Origin: Gallionellaceae bacterium
GTDB taxonomy: Bacteria; Pseudomonadota; Gammaproteobacteria; Burkholderiales; Gallionellaceae
Direction of reading: 5' to 3'
NCBI GenBank assembly: GCA_004297065.1
Contig: SCUU01000042.1
Location: 2,312-66,311 of the forward strand
DNA length: 64,000 nt
Below, piece by piece: positions 28,129 through 39,762 of the stretch. The position numbers and the translations under genes are program-made. The notes under the pieces were generated by a model. It saw only the letters and a program-made list of their open reading frames with translations. It made no database searches and was not told where the DNA came from. Every line of letters begins with the position of its first letter. The first letter of the stretch is position 1.

Positions 28129-29202
28129 TTAAACAACACGTTGATAAAGGCCGCCGGGCAAGGTCGCAATTTGCCCATCTAATTCAAGTTGCAACAGAAT
28201 GGCGGATAGCGCGGCTATCGTCAAGCCGCTGCGTTGCGACAGGCTATCCAGATCGATGGGGTCAAAACTCAAATGGGCAAATAATTCATGTGCGGGTGCA
28301 TCAGGCAATGCGATTTTTGCGCCGATAAAACTACTGCCCAATTCTTCCAGAATATCTTGCGCGCTTTCGACCAATTTTGCGCCCTGTTTTATCAAAGCAT
28401 GGCAACCCTTGGATTGCGGCGAATGGATCGATCCGGGAATAGCAAATACCTCGCGCCCTTGCTCCAAGGCCATACGCGCGGTAATCAGCGAACCGCTTTG
28501 CAAAGACGCCTCGACCACAAGACAGCCCAAGCTCAGGCCGCTGATGATGCGGTTGCGGCGAGGGAAGTTGGCTGGCAGCGGCGGTGTGCCCAGCGGAAAC
28601 TCGGAAACGATGACGCCGTTTTGCGCCAGTTGATGTGCCAGTTCGCGGTTCGCGGAGGGGTAAACCTTGTCCAACCCGGTACCCACGACGGCGATGCTGG
28701 AACCCGCGCCGCGCAGACCGCCGAGATGCGCTGCCGCATCGATACCGTGCGCCATGCCGCTCACGATGCATAGCCCCGCTTCACTTGCTGTTTGGGCAAA
28801 TGCTTCCGCATTGCGCAAGCCCTGCGGCGAGGAGTTGCGGCTGCCGACGACGGCCAGTGCGGGCACATTGAGCAACTCAAGGCGGCCTTTTGCAAATAGC
28901 AAAAACGGCGGATCGGGGATATTAAGCAATGCCCGGGGATAGGTAGCATCGGCGATAGTTAAAATCCGGTTGAGCGGATCGTTTAGCCATGCTTCAGTGG
29001 GTGCGAGCACTTCATTGTTAGTGCCCTGTGCGATGGAGCTTGCCACTGCAGGTTTTACGATACGGCTCAGTTCGGAGGATGGGGCAAGAAAAACCGCCTC
29101 GGGTGAACCGAAAGCCTGCAACAAGCGCCGCAGGCTTTCATTGCCGAGGCCTGCAATCTGGCTCAGGGTGAGCCATGACGCCAGCGTCGCGTCGAGCGCC
29201 AT
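28129..29202 (-). CDS. dprA: DNA-processing protein DprA (Smf)
   Basis: 357 aa Rossmann-like DprA core (VVGSRNSSPQG...SGMAHGIDAAAH). Confidence 0.92.
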   Translation of the reverse strand: MALDATLASWLTLSQIAGLGNESLRRLLQAFGSPEAVFLAPSSELSRIVKPAVASSIAQGTNNEVLAPTEAWLNDPLNRILTIADATYPRALLNIPDPPFLLFAKGRLELLNVPALAVVGSRNSSPQGLRNAEAFAQTASEAGLCIVSGMAHGIDAAAHLGGLRGAGSSIAVVGTGLDKVYPSANRELAHQLAQNGVIVSEFPLGTPPLPANFPRRNRIISGLSLGCLVVEASLQSGSLITARMALEQGREVFAIPGSIHSPQSKGCHALIKQGAKLVESAQDILEELGSSFIGAKIALPDAPAHELFAHLSFDPIDLDSLSQRSGLTIAALSAILLQLELDGQIATLPGGLYQRVV

Positions 29203-29207
29203 CTTGA

Positions 29208-30272
29208 TTATGGGGTTTGTGCAGTGTCTTGCAGTTGCACGGGCAAACGCGTTTGCAGCACCAGCGCATAGGATACTTTCTGGAAGGTGCGGAACACGAA
29301 AACCAGTCCGTAACGCACATCGGGAAGTGCGATGTCATCGCGTTTGAAAATATGCCCGCCTTTCAAAACTTCACCCTTCTGATACACGGCCAGCACGTGC
29401 CCGTTTTCAAGCCCGTCGCGCTTCCCCTTGTTCAAGGTAATAATTGCATTTTGACTGGCTTGGGCTACACCCCCGAAAATAGAAATGACTTTTGCAACGA
29501 TCCTGGTATTGGGGGCGCGAGGCTCATAACTGCTGGGGAAGGGCTCGGAAAATTGCGAGAGATAGTCCCCCTTGCCAATCTCCGAAACAGCTTTTGTAAT
29601 CCTGACTTCACTGATATCCGCAAATTTTTCGGCAACCGCGTCGCCCAAATAACGGGCCTCGTGCCCAAGAATTTCTTTGGTTTCCGGGTCAATAAAAGTT
29701 TTGCCTAATCTGTAAATTTGCCAATCCGCGCCCTTGTTGGCAGGCAAGTTTTTCACGTAGGCAATATCGTCGGTACCCAATAATTCGCGGTGCTCGAAGG
29801 TTCCCACCAATGTTGGCGTACCGGCAAGTTCGGCATCCTCGATAATGAGCGGCTTGGCCAGAAAAGGGCCGATCGCATTAAGGGGAATAACGGGAATCGC
29901 ATCGCGATCACTGGCGATTTCGCGAATGCGGGGAGAAAGTTTTACGATGTTGTTATCGGGGGTCGCGGCAGGCAACGAGTCGGGAGCAACGGCTTGCTGA
30001 GGCGCTTCGCCTACGCGCAATGTTCCCGTTGCCCGATCAAGGAATACAACATCGCCGGGATATATCCAATGAGGGTCTTTAATGGTGTCTTTGTTGAGGC
30101 CCCAGATCTGTTGCCACTTCCACGGGTCTTTGAAAAACGTGGCGGAGATACCCCACAGCGTATCTCCCTTGACTACAACATGACGATCGGGGGCATTTTC
30201 ACGTATTTCCAACTGGTCGGCATGAGCGAGAATGGGCAACAGAAGACAAATCAGCGATATAATCTTGCGCAT
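29208..30272 (-). CDS. LysM domain peptidoglycan-binding protein (exported)
   Basis: Signal peptide MRKIISLICLLLPILAHA and a LysM motif HVVVKGDTLWGISATFFKDPWKWQQIWGLN. The ORF opens at 30317; the ATG at 30272 is preferred. Confidence 0.85.
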   Translation of the reverse strand: MRKIISLICLLLPILAHADQLEIRENAPDRHVVVKGDTLWGISATFFKDPWKWQQIWGLNKDTIKDPHWIYPGDVVFLDRATGTLRVGEAPQQAVAPDSLPAATPDNNIVKLSPRIREIASDRDAIPVIPLNAIGPFLAKPLIIEDAELAGTPTLVGTFEHRELLGTDDIAYVKNLPANKGADWQIYRLGKTFIDPETKEILGHEARYLGDAVAEKFADISEVRITKAVSEIGKGDYLSQFSEPFPSSYEPRAPNTRIVAKVISIFGGVAQASQNAIITLNKGKRDGLENGHVLAVYQKGEVLKGGHIFKRDDIALPDVRYGLVFVFRTFQKVSYALVLQTRLPVQLQDTAQTP

Positions 30273-30362
30273 GAAAAACCCCAACAAAGTAAAGAAAATG
30301 CAGTGCGATGCTCGCACACGCGTTTAAATTTTGCATCTAGTCACTTAAATTAGCAAGCTTTT

Positions 30363-30866
30363 ATGGCGATCCTCCCGATTATTCAATATCCCGACGAGCG
30401 TTTGCACAAAGTTGCAAAAAAAGTCGAATCCATCACCGGCACCACGCGTAAATTGATCGCGGATATGGCGGAAACCATGTATGCCGCACCCGGAATCGGT
30501 CTGGCCGCGACACAAGTGGACGTACATCAACAACTTATCGTGATCGACATATCGGAGACGCGCGACGATTTGCTAGTACTCATCAACCCGGAATTGGTTG
30601 CCAGCAGCGGCGAAAGTAAATGCGAAGAAGGATGCCTGTCGGTTCCGGGAATCTACGACAAGGTACAACGTGCCGAGCGGGTCACCGTGCGGGCATTGAA
30701 CGCCAAGGGTGAGGCATTCACGCTGGACGCCGAGGGGCTGCTGGCAGTGTGCGTCCAACATGAAATGGATCACCTGCTGGGTAAAGTTTTTGTCGAGCGC
30801 CTGTCACACCTCAAGCAAGTGCGCATACGCAACAAATTAAAAAAACGCCTGCGTGAAACCATGTGA
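30363..30866 (+). CDS. def: peptide deformylase
   Basis: 167 aa with the three Def motifs [13 protein letters not shown] and HEMDH. Confidence 0.96.
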   Translation: MAILPIIQYPDERLHKVAKKVESITGTTRKLIADMAETMYAAPGIGLAATQVDVHQQLIVIDISETRDDLLVLINPELVASSGESKCEEGCLSVPGIYDKVQRAERVTVRALNAKGEAFTLDAEGLLAVCVQHEMDHLLGKVFVERLSHLKQVRIRNKLKKRLRETM

Positions 30867-31809
30867 TGGGAAAATTTTGAAAATTATTTTTGCGGGCACT
30901 CCCCACTTTGCCGAAAAGGCCCTGCAGGCCTTGTTGGATCAGCAAGCCAATGTTGTTGCCGTATTGACCCAGCCGGATCGCCCGGCAGGACGCGGTATGC
31001 AGCTCAAACCCAGCCCGGTCAAACAACTCGCCCTGCAATATGGTCTGACCGTTTTGCAGCCGCAATCGCTCAAGGATGCCGATATCCAGCAGCAGTTGGC
31101 GGCATATCGGGCCGACGTGATGGTGGTTGCGGCCTACGGTTTGATCCTGCCCCAAGCCGTGCTGCAAACGCCCCGCTTGGGTTGCCTGAATATTCATGCC
31201 TCGCTACTGCCGCGCTGGCGCGGTGCGGCGCCGGTACAGCGCGCCATTCTGGCAGGCGATGCAGAAACCGGCGTTACCATCATGCAAATGGATGCCGGTC
31301 TGGACACCGGCGCGATGCTGCTCAAAAAAACCTGCGCCATCGAAGACAAAGACAGCGCCGCCACCCTGCATGACAAACTGGCGGTATTAGGTGCCGAGGC
31401 TGTTACCGCAGCTTTGCCGCTGCTGGAACAGGGCAGGCTGCGAGCCATGTCGCAAGACAATGCGCTGGCCACTTATGCGGCCAAGTTGAACAAAGACGAA
31501 GCGCGACTGGACTGGACGCAAGATGCGGTTCATCTTGACCGCGCCGTGCGCGGCTACAACCCCTTTCCCGGCGCAAGCGCCCAGATCAACGATACCCTCA
31601 TCAGAATCTGGCAAGCCAGCCTACGCGAGGGCGTATCGGGCGAGCCCGGTGCGGTGTTGGCGGTAGAAAAAAATGCATTGCTCGTCGCTTGCGGCAATGG
31701 CGCGCTCAGCCTGGAAATACTGCAACGACCGAATGCCAAAGCACTGCCCGCAGCACAGTTCCTGCAAGGTTTCCAGATCAGGGCAGGCGACCGCTTCGAG
31801 TCGCGTTAA
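30853..31809 (+). CDS. fmt: methionyl-tRNA formyltransferase
   Basis: The [11 protein letters not shown]-terminus and the [13 protein letters not shown] motif identify Fmt. The start is ambiguous: GTG at 30853 overlaps def by 14 nt, and TTG at 30877 is the alternative. Confidence 0.94.
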   Translation: MKPCDGKILKIIFAGTPHFAEKALQALLDQQANVVAVLTQPDRPAGRGMQLKPSPVKQLALQYGLTVLQPQSLKDADIQQQLAAYRADVMVVAAYGLILPQAVLQTPRLGCLNIHASLLPRWRGAAPVQRAILAGDAETGVTIMQMDAGLDTGAMLLKKTCAIEDKDSAATLHDKLAVLGAEAVTAALPLLEQGRLRAMSQDNALATYAAKLNKDEARLDWTQDAVHLDRAVRGYNPFPGASAQINDTLIRIWQASLREGVSGEPGAVLAVEKNALLVACGNGALSLEILQRPNAKALPAAQFLQGFQIRAGDRFESR

Positions 31810-33080
31810 TGCACATCGTCCAACAACTCGCAGCGGGTATCGTCGGCCAGGTGCTGACCGGGCGCAATTTGAATCAGACGCTGGAAGAAGTTTTGCGCAA
31901 ACATGCCGCGTTTTCGGCACAAGAACGCGGCGCGCTGCAGGATATATGCTACGGCACGCTGCGCTATTACGGGCAACTCGGCAAAATGCTGGATGCGTTA
32001 TTGGGCAAACCGCTGCAGGATCAGCGGCTGCGCGAGTTGTTGCTGGTTGCCCTGTACCAGCTACAATACAGCAAAGCAGCCAGCCATGCGGTGGTCGACC
32101 ATGCCGTGCGCGCGGCGAAAAAAATGAATGCTGCCGCAAGCGGCCTGGTTAATGCGGTGCTGCGTAATTTTTTACGCAGACAGTCCGAACTGTTGCAGCT
32201 TGCCGCGAAGACCGACGAGGGGCGCTATTCGTATCCGCAATGGTGGATAGACGCGATTAAATCCCAATATGGCGAGCAGGCGGAATCTATTCTGGAAGCG
32301 GGAAATCAACATCCACCCATGACCTTGCGGGCCAATTTGCGCCAGAGCTCGACGGAACAATATCTGGCCCAATTGCAGGCACAGGGTATTGCGGCGCGAC
32401 TGGTTGCGCCGCAAGCCCTGTGGCTGGAGCAGCCGTTGCCGGTAGACCGGCTACCGGGATTTCTCGACGGTGCCGTGTCGGTGCAGGATGCCGGTGCGCA
32501 ATATGCGGCGATGCTGCTGGATGTGGAGGATGGCATGCGCGTGCTGGATGCCTGCGCTGCCCCGGGCGGCAAAACCGCCCATCTGCTCGAAATGCGCAAT
32601 ATTGAAATGGTGGCAGCGGATAAGGATGCGCGGCGACTGGAGCGCGTGCGCGAAAATTTACAGCGCTTGAAACTGGGGGCGACACTGCTCTGCGGCGATG
32701 CGGCAGAGCCCGCGAACTGGTGGGACGGAAAAACCTTCGACCGGATATTGGCCGATGTGCCCTGTTCCGCCTCGGGCGTGGTACGTCGCCACCCGGATAT
32801 CAAGTGGCTGCGCCGCCCTTCCGATATCGAGAGTTTTGCCAAGCAGCAAGCCCGGATTCTGCAAGCTTTATGGCCGCTCCTTGCCGGAAATGGTAAATTG
32901 CTCTACGCGACCTGTTCGGTTTTTGCCCGCGAAAACCAGCAGGTCATCGACGTTTTTTTGTCGCGGCACAATGATGCAAAACAGACCATCATTACGGCAC
33001 ATGATTTATATAACGGGCAGTTATTGCCCAACGATCAGCACGACGGATTTTTTTATGCGTTGTTGCAAAAAAACGCTTAA
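31809..33080 (+). CDS. rsmB: 16S rRNA (cytosine967-C5)-methyltransferase RsmB (Sun)
   Basis: NusB-like N-terminal domain, SAM-binding motif DACAAPGGKT, and catalytic motifs (DRILADVPCSASG, TCS). The ATG at 31809 overlaps the fmt stop (TAATG). The upstream part of the ORF (from 31689) overlaps fmt and is discounted. Confidence 0.93.
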   Translation: MHIVQQLAAGIVGQVLTGRNLNQTLEEVLRKHAAFSAQERGALQDICYGTLRYYGQLGKMLDALLGKPLQDQRLRELLLVALYQLQYSKAASHAVVDHAVRAAKKMNAAASGLVNAVLRNFLRRQSELLQLAAKTDEGRYSYPQWWIDAIKSQYGEQAESILEAGNQHPPMTLRANLRQSSTEQYLAQLQAQGIAARLVAPQALWLEQPLPVDRLPGFLDGAVSVQDAGAQYAAMLLDVEDGMRVLDACAAPGGKTAHLLEMRNIEMVAADKDARRLERVRENLQRLKLGATLLCGDAAEPANWWDGKTFDRILADVPCSASGVVRRHPDIKWLRRPSDIESFAKQQARILQALWPLLAGNGKLLYATCSVFARENQQVIDVFLSRHNDAKQTIITAHDLYNGQLLPNDQHDGFFYALLQKNA

Positions 33081-33684
33081 CTTACTTTGCAAGCTGGCGT
33101 TGCTGCTGGGCTTTTGCGCCTGTGCATCTGTTGCAAATGCCGAAGGTATTACCGTTACGAAAGCCGAGACACACTTGGGCGATGACGGCTATGAAATATT
33201 GGCCGATTTCAAAATTACCCTGCCTGCCTCTGTGGCAGAGGCGCTAAAGCGCGGGGTCACACTTAACTTTGTCAGTGAACTGGCAATCACACGCTCGCGC
33301 TGGTACTGGCTGGATACGGATGTTGTCCAAAACGAGCAAACCACCAAATTGTGGTACAACGCTTTAACCCGGCAATACCGGATTTCACGCGGAACCCTTT
33401 TTCAGGGATTCTCCAATCTGGACAGCGCATTGCGTGTACTGGGCCACCAGTCTGCCCCCCCCGTGCCCGCAACGGCATTAAACGACGGCGGGGGTTATGT
33501 TGCCCGCTTGCTTAAAAGCGAAACGAGGTATACCGCGTTTGCGCAAATGCGTTTGGATACTTCCCAGCTGCCCAAACCGCTGCAGGTAAACGCATTGACC
33601 AATAGCGAATGGAACTTGGAATCGGGACGATACAGTTGGCCGGTATCCGCTTTGGCGGGAAGTGAAGAGGCGAACAAACCGTGA
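33055..33684 (+). CDS. DUF4390-like exported protein
   Basis: A signal-like N-terminus (LLCKLALLLGFCACASVANA) followed by ~180 aa. The position between rsmB and ntrY is conserved in betaproteobacteria as I recall. The ORF part upstream of 33055 lies inside rsmB and is discounted. Confidence 0.7.
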   Translation: MRCCKKTLNLLCKLALLLGFCACASVANAEGITVTKAETHLGDDGYEILADFKITLPASVAEALKRGVTLNFVSELAITRSRWYWLDTDVVQNEQTTKLWYNALTRQYRISRGTLFQGFSNLDSALRVLGHQSAPPVPATALNDGGGYVARLLKSETRYTAFAQMRLDTSQLPKPLQVNALTNSEWNLESGRYSWPVSALAGSEEANKP

Positions 33685-35810
33685 AATATCTGATCATCAT
33701 TTGCGGATTTGTCGGCGTTGCCTTGCTGTATTTACTCTCCAGCGCCAGCGCCAACACCGCACTTTTTTCGCACCATTATTCCAGCTTGCTGGTATTGACC
33801 GGGGTATTGGCACTGGGACTGAGTGCCCTGGTTGGATATCAGTTATGGCAATTGCGCATCAAGCTGAAAGAGCGAGTCTTTGGCGCAAAATTAATGCTGC
33901 GCCTGACACTATTTTTTTCGTTGATTGCCATTTTGCCGGGGCTGCTGATGTATGCCGTATCGGTGCAGTTTCTCGGAAAAAGTATCGAGTCATGGTTCGA
34001 CATCCGGGTGGAGAAAGCGCTGGAAGGCGGTTTGAATTTGGGGCGCAACTCGCTGGAAACGGGGCTTAAAGAATTGGGCAAAAAAGGTCGGCTGCTATCC
34101 CTGATTCTGGCGGAGCAAGCGCCCGAAAGGTACGGTGCAACATTGGCTCGCCTGGTCGACAAATCCGAGGCACAAGAGGCTGCGATATTTACACTGGACG
34201 GAAAACTGCTCGCCTCGGTTACCCGCAACAACAAAGCGCCGCAAAGTGTTCCCGACCAACAAATGCTGCGCGAAACGATCCAGCAAGGCATATACAGCCT
34301 GGTGGATGCGCTTCCGGACAACCATTTGATACTGCGGGTGCTGGTACCGATAAGCGGCATTGACCCCGCCGGCGAGCGGCGGATATTGCAGTTTATACAA
34401 CCGGTGTCGCAACAGTTTTCGGCCGATGCGGAAACAGTGCAAGCGGTGTACCGCGATTATCAGGAGCTGACTTTATCGCGGTTGGGCCTGAAGCGCTTAT
34501 ACGGGATCACGCTTACGCTCTCGCTGTTGATCGTGCTGTTGAGTGCAGTATCTGCCGCATTCTTTTTGAGCGGGCGCCTGAGTTCGCCTTTGGCCGCTTT
34601 GGCAGAAGGCACGCGTGCGGTGGCCCAAGGTAATTTTTCCGGAAACTATCCGGTGCAAAGCCGCGACGAACTGGGCGCGTTGACCGGATTGTTCAACCAG
34701 ATGACGGCGCAACTGGCGGATGCTAAAAAGCTGAGCGAGCAGCAGCAAAGCCAGGTGGAAAACGCGAAAGGTTATCTGGAAAGCATTCTTACGCATCTTT
34801 CATCCGGCGTTATTGTGGTGGACGAACAATTCAAACTGCGTCTGGTTAATACCAGCGCCGAACAAATATTGGGCACACCGTTGCGCAGTATGAGCGGGAA
34901 AGCGTTATCCGAAATAGCTTCCGAACATGTTTTACTGCGCTCGTTTGCGGATGCGGTGGAAGCGGCGGCGGCAGAGTCTGCGGGGAACGAGTGGCGGCGG
35001 CAGATTGAACGCTTGAGCAAAAACGGCGACCAGATGCTATTGCTGCGCGGTACGCATTTAACCACGGCAGTGGATAGCGGTTATGTGATCGTGTTTGACG
35101 ACATCACGCATTTGTTGCAAGCCGAGCGCCAAGCGGCTTGGGGCGAAGTGGCGCGCCGCCTGGCGCACGAAATCAAAAATCCGCTTACCCCCATCCAGCT
35201 TTCTGCCGAACGCATGCAGCATAAATTGAACGATAAATTGGATGAGCATGACGCTCAATTGTTGCAACGGGCAACCCAAACTATTGTCAGCCAGGTTGGC
35301 GCCATGAAAAACATGGTGGCCGACTTTGCCGATTATGCGCGCGCACCCGCACCCAAACTGGCCCTGCTGGATATGCACCAGCTATTGAACGAGGTCATGG
35401 GCTTATATGAAGCCAACAGCAGCCCCATCGCATTGGAGTTGGGCGCCAGCCATACCTGGCTGAATGGTGATGCAACGCGGTTGCGCCAAGTAGTACACAA
35501 CTTGCTGCATAACGCGCACGATGCATTGCAACATGCCGAACATCCGCAGATAGTCCTGTCTACAACGAGCACTCCAAGCGAATTTCAATTGACGGTGTGC
35601 GACAACGGTAGCGGCATTCAAGAGCATGTCTTGGCCCGTATATTCGAACCTTATATGACCACGAAAACCAAAGGCACAGGGCTGGGACTGCCCATTGTGA
35701 AAAAGATCGTTGAAGAACATGGCGGCAAAATAGTTATAGAAAACAAACCATCGGGCGGAACGCAGGTAAAAGTCAGTTTGCCGCTGGCACCAGAAATGGA
35801 GGCAGCATAG
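33681..35810 (+). CDS. ntrY: NtrY-type sensor histidine kinase
   Basis: 709 aa. N-terminal transmembrane helices, HAMP and PAS regions, H-box (LAHEIKNPLTPI) and HATPase N/G boxes (DNGSGI, GTGLGLPIVKKI). The GTG start overlaps the upstream stop (GTGA). Confidence 0.9.
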   Translation: MKYLIIICGFVGVALLYLLSSASANTALFSHHYSSLLVLTGVLALGLSALVGYQLWQLRIKLKERVFGAKLMLRLTLFFSLIAILPGLLMYAVSVQFLGKSIESWFDIRVEKALEGGLNLGRNSLETGLKELGKKGRLLSLILAEQAPERYGATLARLVDKSEAQEAAIFTLDGKLLASVTRNNKAPQSVPDQQMLRETIQQGIYSLVDALPDNHLILRVLVPISGIDPAGERRILQFIQPVSQQFSADAETVQAVYRDYQELTLSRLGLKRLYGITLTLSLLIVLLSAVSAAFFLSGRLSSPLAALAEGTRAVAQGNFSGNYPVQSRDELGALTGLFNQMTAQLADAKKLSEQQQSQVENAKGYLESILTHLSSGVIVVDEQFKLRLVNTSAEQILGTPLRSMSGKALSEIASEHVLLRSFADAVEAAAAESAGNEWRRQIERLSKNGDQMLLLRGTHLTTAVDSGYVIVFDDITHLLQAERQAAWGEVARRLAHEIKNPLTPIQLSAERMQHKLNDKLDEHDAQLLQRATQTIVSQVGAMKNMVADFADYARAPAPKLALLDMHQLLNEVMGLYEANSSPIALELGASHTWLNGDATRLRQVVHNLLHNAHDALQHAEHPQIVLSTTSTPSEFQLTVCDNGSGIQEHVLARIFEPYMTTKTKGTGLGLPIVKKIVEEHGGKIVIENKPSGGTQVKVSLPLAPEMEAA

Positions 35811-36445
35811 TGTCAACAAAAGAAATACTTGTGGTGGATGATGAAGTCGGAATTCGGGAATTGCTTTCAGAAATCCTGTTTGACGAAGGTTACCATGTGC
35901 ATTTGGCCGAAAATGCAGCGCAGGCACGCATATTTCGCCTGAATCACACACCCGATTTGGTGCTATTGGACATCTGGATGCCGGAGACGGACGGATTGGT
36001 CTTGCTCAAAGAATGGGCGGCACAGCAGTTGCTGACTATGCCTGTGGTCATGATGTCCGGCCACGGCACCATAGAGACGGCATTGGAAGCAACCCGGGTC
36101 GGGGCAATTGATTTTCTGGAAAAACCGATTGCGCTGCAAAAATTATTGAAGACAGTTGCAAAAGCGATGCAGCAGGGAATTCCGCCGCAATCGCTGCAAA
36201 AAGAAAAGCCGGAAAAGCCGGATGCCAACGGCATGGTAATGGTCACGTTGCCGCTGGATATGCCGTTACGCGAAGCGCGGGAATATTTTGATAGCGCATA
36301 TTTCAATTACCAGATGCAAAAGGAAAATGGCAACATCACCCGGGTGGCCGAAAAAATCGGTATTGAGCGTACCCACCTGTATCGGAAATTGAAACAACTG
36401 GGAATAAAGCCCCTTAAAAAAGGCAGCGATAACCCGGAGCAATAA
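35810..36445 (+). CDS. ntrX: NtrX-like response regulator lacking the AAA+ domain (receiver + Fis-type HTH only)
   Basis: 211 aa. Receiver domain (ILVVDDE...LLDIWMP...) followed, after a linker, by a C-terminal HTH (GNITRVAEKIGIERTHLYRKLKQLGI). The GTG start overlaps the ntrY stop by 1 nt (TAGTG). Confidence 0.85.
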   Translation: MSTKEILVVDDEVGIRELLSEILFDEGYHVHLAENAAQARIFRLNHTPDLVLLDIWMPETDGLVLLKEWAAQQLLTMPVVMMSGHGTIETALEATRVGAIDFLEKPIALQKLLKTVAKAMQQGIPPQSLQKEKPEKPDANGMVMVTLPLDMPLREAREYFDSAYFNYQMQKENGNITRVAEKIGIERTHLYRKLKQLGIKPLKKGSDNPEQ

Positions 36446-36564
36446 ATTCCAAAGCCGTCGCAATGCCGTTGTTGCCCTAAACAAGTCGCTGCGGCATAAT
36501 TGCCGTTCTTTTGGCGTAATAACAACTCATTCGATATTCAGGATGTTTCTTAGGAGGCTGTAAA

Positions 36565-38583
36565 ATGGCTGTGGCGCGTAATGTAAAACCCCCCAAGTTT
36601 AATGATGTGACCGGTGCGGTCCGCGCACTTGCGATGGATGCGGTGCAAAAGGCGAATTCCGGCCATCCGGGCGCACCCATGGGCATGGCGGAAATCGCCG
36701 AAGTGTTGTGGAACCACCATCTGCGCCACAACCCGGCCAACCCGAAATGGGCAGACCGCGACCGCTTCGTGCAATCCAACGGTCATGGCTCGATGTTGAT
36801 TTACGCGCTGTTACATTTGACTGGCTACGACCTGCCGATGGATGAATTGAAGCGTTTCCGTCAAATGCATTCCAAGACGCCAGGCCACCCCGAGTACGGC
36901 TACACCGTCGGTGTTGAAACCACCACCGGCCCGCTGGGTCAGGGCATCACCAACGCCGTGGGTATGGCGATGGCGGAAAAGCTGCTGGCCAATGAATTCA
37001 ACAAACCCGGCCACGAAATCGTCGATCACCGCACTTGGGTATTTCTGGGCGACGGCTGCATGATGGAAGGCATCTCGCACGAAGCCTGCGCACTGGCCGG
37101 TACTTGGGGTCTGGGCAAGCTGACCGCATTCTGGGATGACAACAACATCTCCATCGACGGTCACATCGACGGCTGGTACACCGACGACACCGCCAAGCGT
37201 TTCGAGGCTTACGGCTGGCACGTGGTGCGCGATGTCGAAGGCCACGACGCCGCCGCGATCAACGCCGCCATCGAAGAAGCCAAGAAGGTAACCGACAAGC
37301 CCTCGCTGATCTGCTGCAAGACCATCATCGGTGCCGGTTCCCCCAACAAAGAAGGCACGCACGACGTGCATGGTGCCGCATTGGGCGATGCCGAAATCGC
37401 GGCGACGCGCGCGCACATCGGCTGGAACTATCCTCCGTTCGAAATCCCTGCGCATGTATATCAGGCATGGGATGCGCGCACCAAGGGCGAAGGTCTGGAA
37501 AAGCTGTGGAATAACAAGTTTGCCGAATACAAAGAGGTATTCCCTGAGCAAGCCGCCGAATTCGAGCGCCGCATGAAGGGCGATTTGCCGGAAGACTGGA
37601 GTGCATTTGCTGCCGCAGCGCTGGAACAAATCAATGCCAAGGGCGAAACCATCGCCACCCGCAAGGCTTCGCAAAACGCCATCAACGCACTGGTTCCGGC
37701 ATTACCGGAGTTCCTCGGCGGCTCCGCCGACTTGACCGGCTCCAACCTGACCAACTGGACAGGCGCACATCATGTTTCCGGCAAGAAGCCGGGCAACTAC
37801 ATCAGCTACGGCGTGCGCGAGTTCGGCATGTCGCACATCATGAACGGCATGGCGCTGCACGGCGGTTTGCTGCCGTTCGGCGGCACCTTTCTGATGTTCT
37901 CCGAATACGCGCGCAATGCCTTGCGCATGTCGGCACTGATGAAACAGCGCGTGATCTATGTGTTTACCCATGACTCTATCGGTCTGGGTGAAGACGGCCC
38001 GACACACCAGCCGGTCGAGCAAACCACCACGCTGCGTTTCATTCCCAACATGGACACGTGGCGTCCTTGCGACACCGTGGAGTCCGCCGCATCGTGGATA
38101 TGCGCAGTTGAGCGCAAGACCGGCCCGTCCGCGCTGATCTTCAGCCGCCAAAACCTCGCATTCCAGAAACGCGATGCGGCGCAGATCGCCAACATCCGCA
38201 AAGGGGGTTATGTATTGTCCGAAGCGGCGAACGGCAAGCCGCAAGCCATCATCATCGCTACCGGTTCCGAAGTCGACTTGGCAATGAAGGCGCAAGCAAC
38301 ACTGGCCGCCGAAGGCATCAACGTACGCGTGGTATCCATGCCGTCTACCAACGTGTTCGACCGCCAGGAACAGGCTTACAAGGACAGCGTGCTGCTCAAG
38401 GGCGTCAAGCGCGTGGCCGTTGAAGCTGGCGTTACCGGCTTCTGGCACAAATATGTTGGGCTGGAAGGCGCGGTGATCGGTATGGATTGCTTCGGCGAAT
38501 CCGCACCGGCACCGGAACTGTTCAAACACTTCGGCTTCACGGTTGAGAATGTTGTTGGTACAGTGAAAAAAATTATTGGCTAA
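36565..38583 (+). CDS. tkt: transketolase
   Basis: 672 aa. ThDP motifs ([21 protein letters not shown]). An AGGAGG Shine-Dalgarno sequence lies 7 nt upstream. Confidence 0.97.
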   Translation: MAVARNVKPPKFNDVTGAVRALAMDAVQKANSGHPGAPMGMAEIAEVLWNHHLRHNPANPKWADRDRFVQSNGHGSMLIYALLHLTGYDLPMDELKRFRQMHSKTPGHPEYGYTVGVETTTGPLGQGITNAVGMAMAEKLLANEFNKPGHEIVDHRTWVFLGDGCMMEGISHEACALAGTWGLGKLTAFWDDNNISIDGHIDGWYTDDTAKRFEAYGWHVVRDVEGHDAAAINAAIEEAKKVTDKPSLICCKTIIGAGSPNKEGTHDVHGAALGDAEIAATRAHIGWNYPPFEIPAHVYQAWDARTKGEGLEKLWNNKFAEYKEVFPEQAAEFERRMKGDLPEDWSAFAAAALEQINAKGETIATRKASQNAINALVPALPEFLGGSADLTGSNLTNWTGAHHVSGKKPGNYISYGVREFGMSHIMNGMALHGGLLPFGGTFLMFSEYARNALRMSALMKQRVIYVFTHDSIGLGEDGPTHQPVEQTTTLRFIPNMDTWRPCDTVESAASWICAVERKTGPSALIFSRQNLAFQKRDAAQIANIRKGGYVLSEAANGKPQAIIIATGSEVDLAMKAQATLAAEGINVRVVSMPSTNVFDRQEQAYKDSVLLKGVKRVAVEAGVTGFWHKYVGLEGAVIGMDCFGESAPAPELFKHFGFTVENVVGTVKKIIG

Positions 38584-39705
<1,122 letters not shown>

Positions 39706-39719
39706 TTCAAAGTAACAAG

Positions 39720-39740
39720 GGCTGGCTCTGCCAGCCTTTT
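39720..39740 (+). terminator. intercistronic hairpin / partial terminator between gap and pgk
   Basis: ggctggc-tct-gccagcc stem-loop followed by tttt, 15 nt after the gap stop. Confidence 0.5.
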
Positions 39741-39762
39741 CAGTATGGTCAAAGGAAAAATC

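Noticed and set aside
32698-33054. The long N-terminal extension of the DUF4390-like ORF. Similar upstream extensions occur on rsmB (31689-31808), gap (38641-38703), fba (42375-42467) and the repeat protein (55433-55534).
   Set aside because: The extensions lie inside the preceding genes in another frame. Internal starts give canonical N-termini or signal peptides with better ribosome-binding sites.
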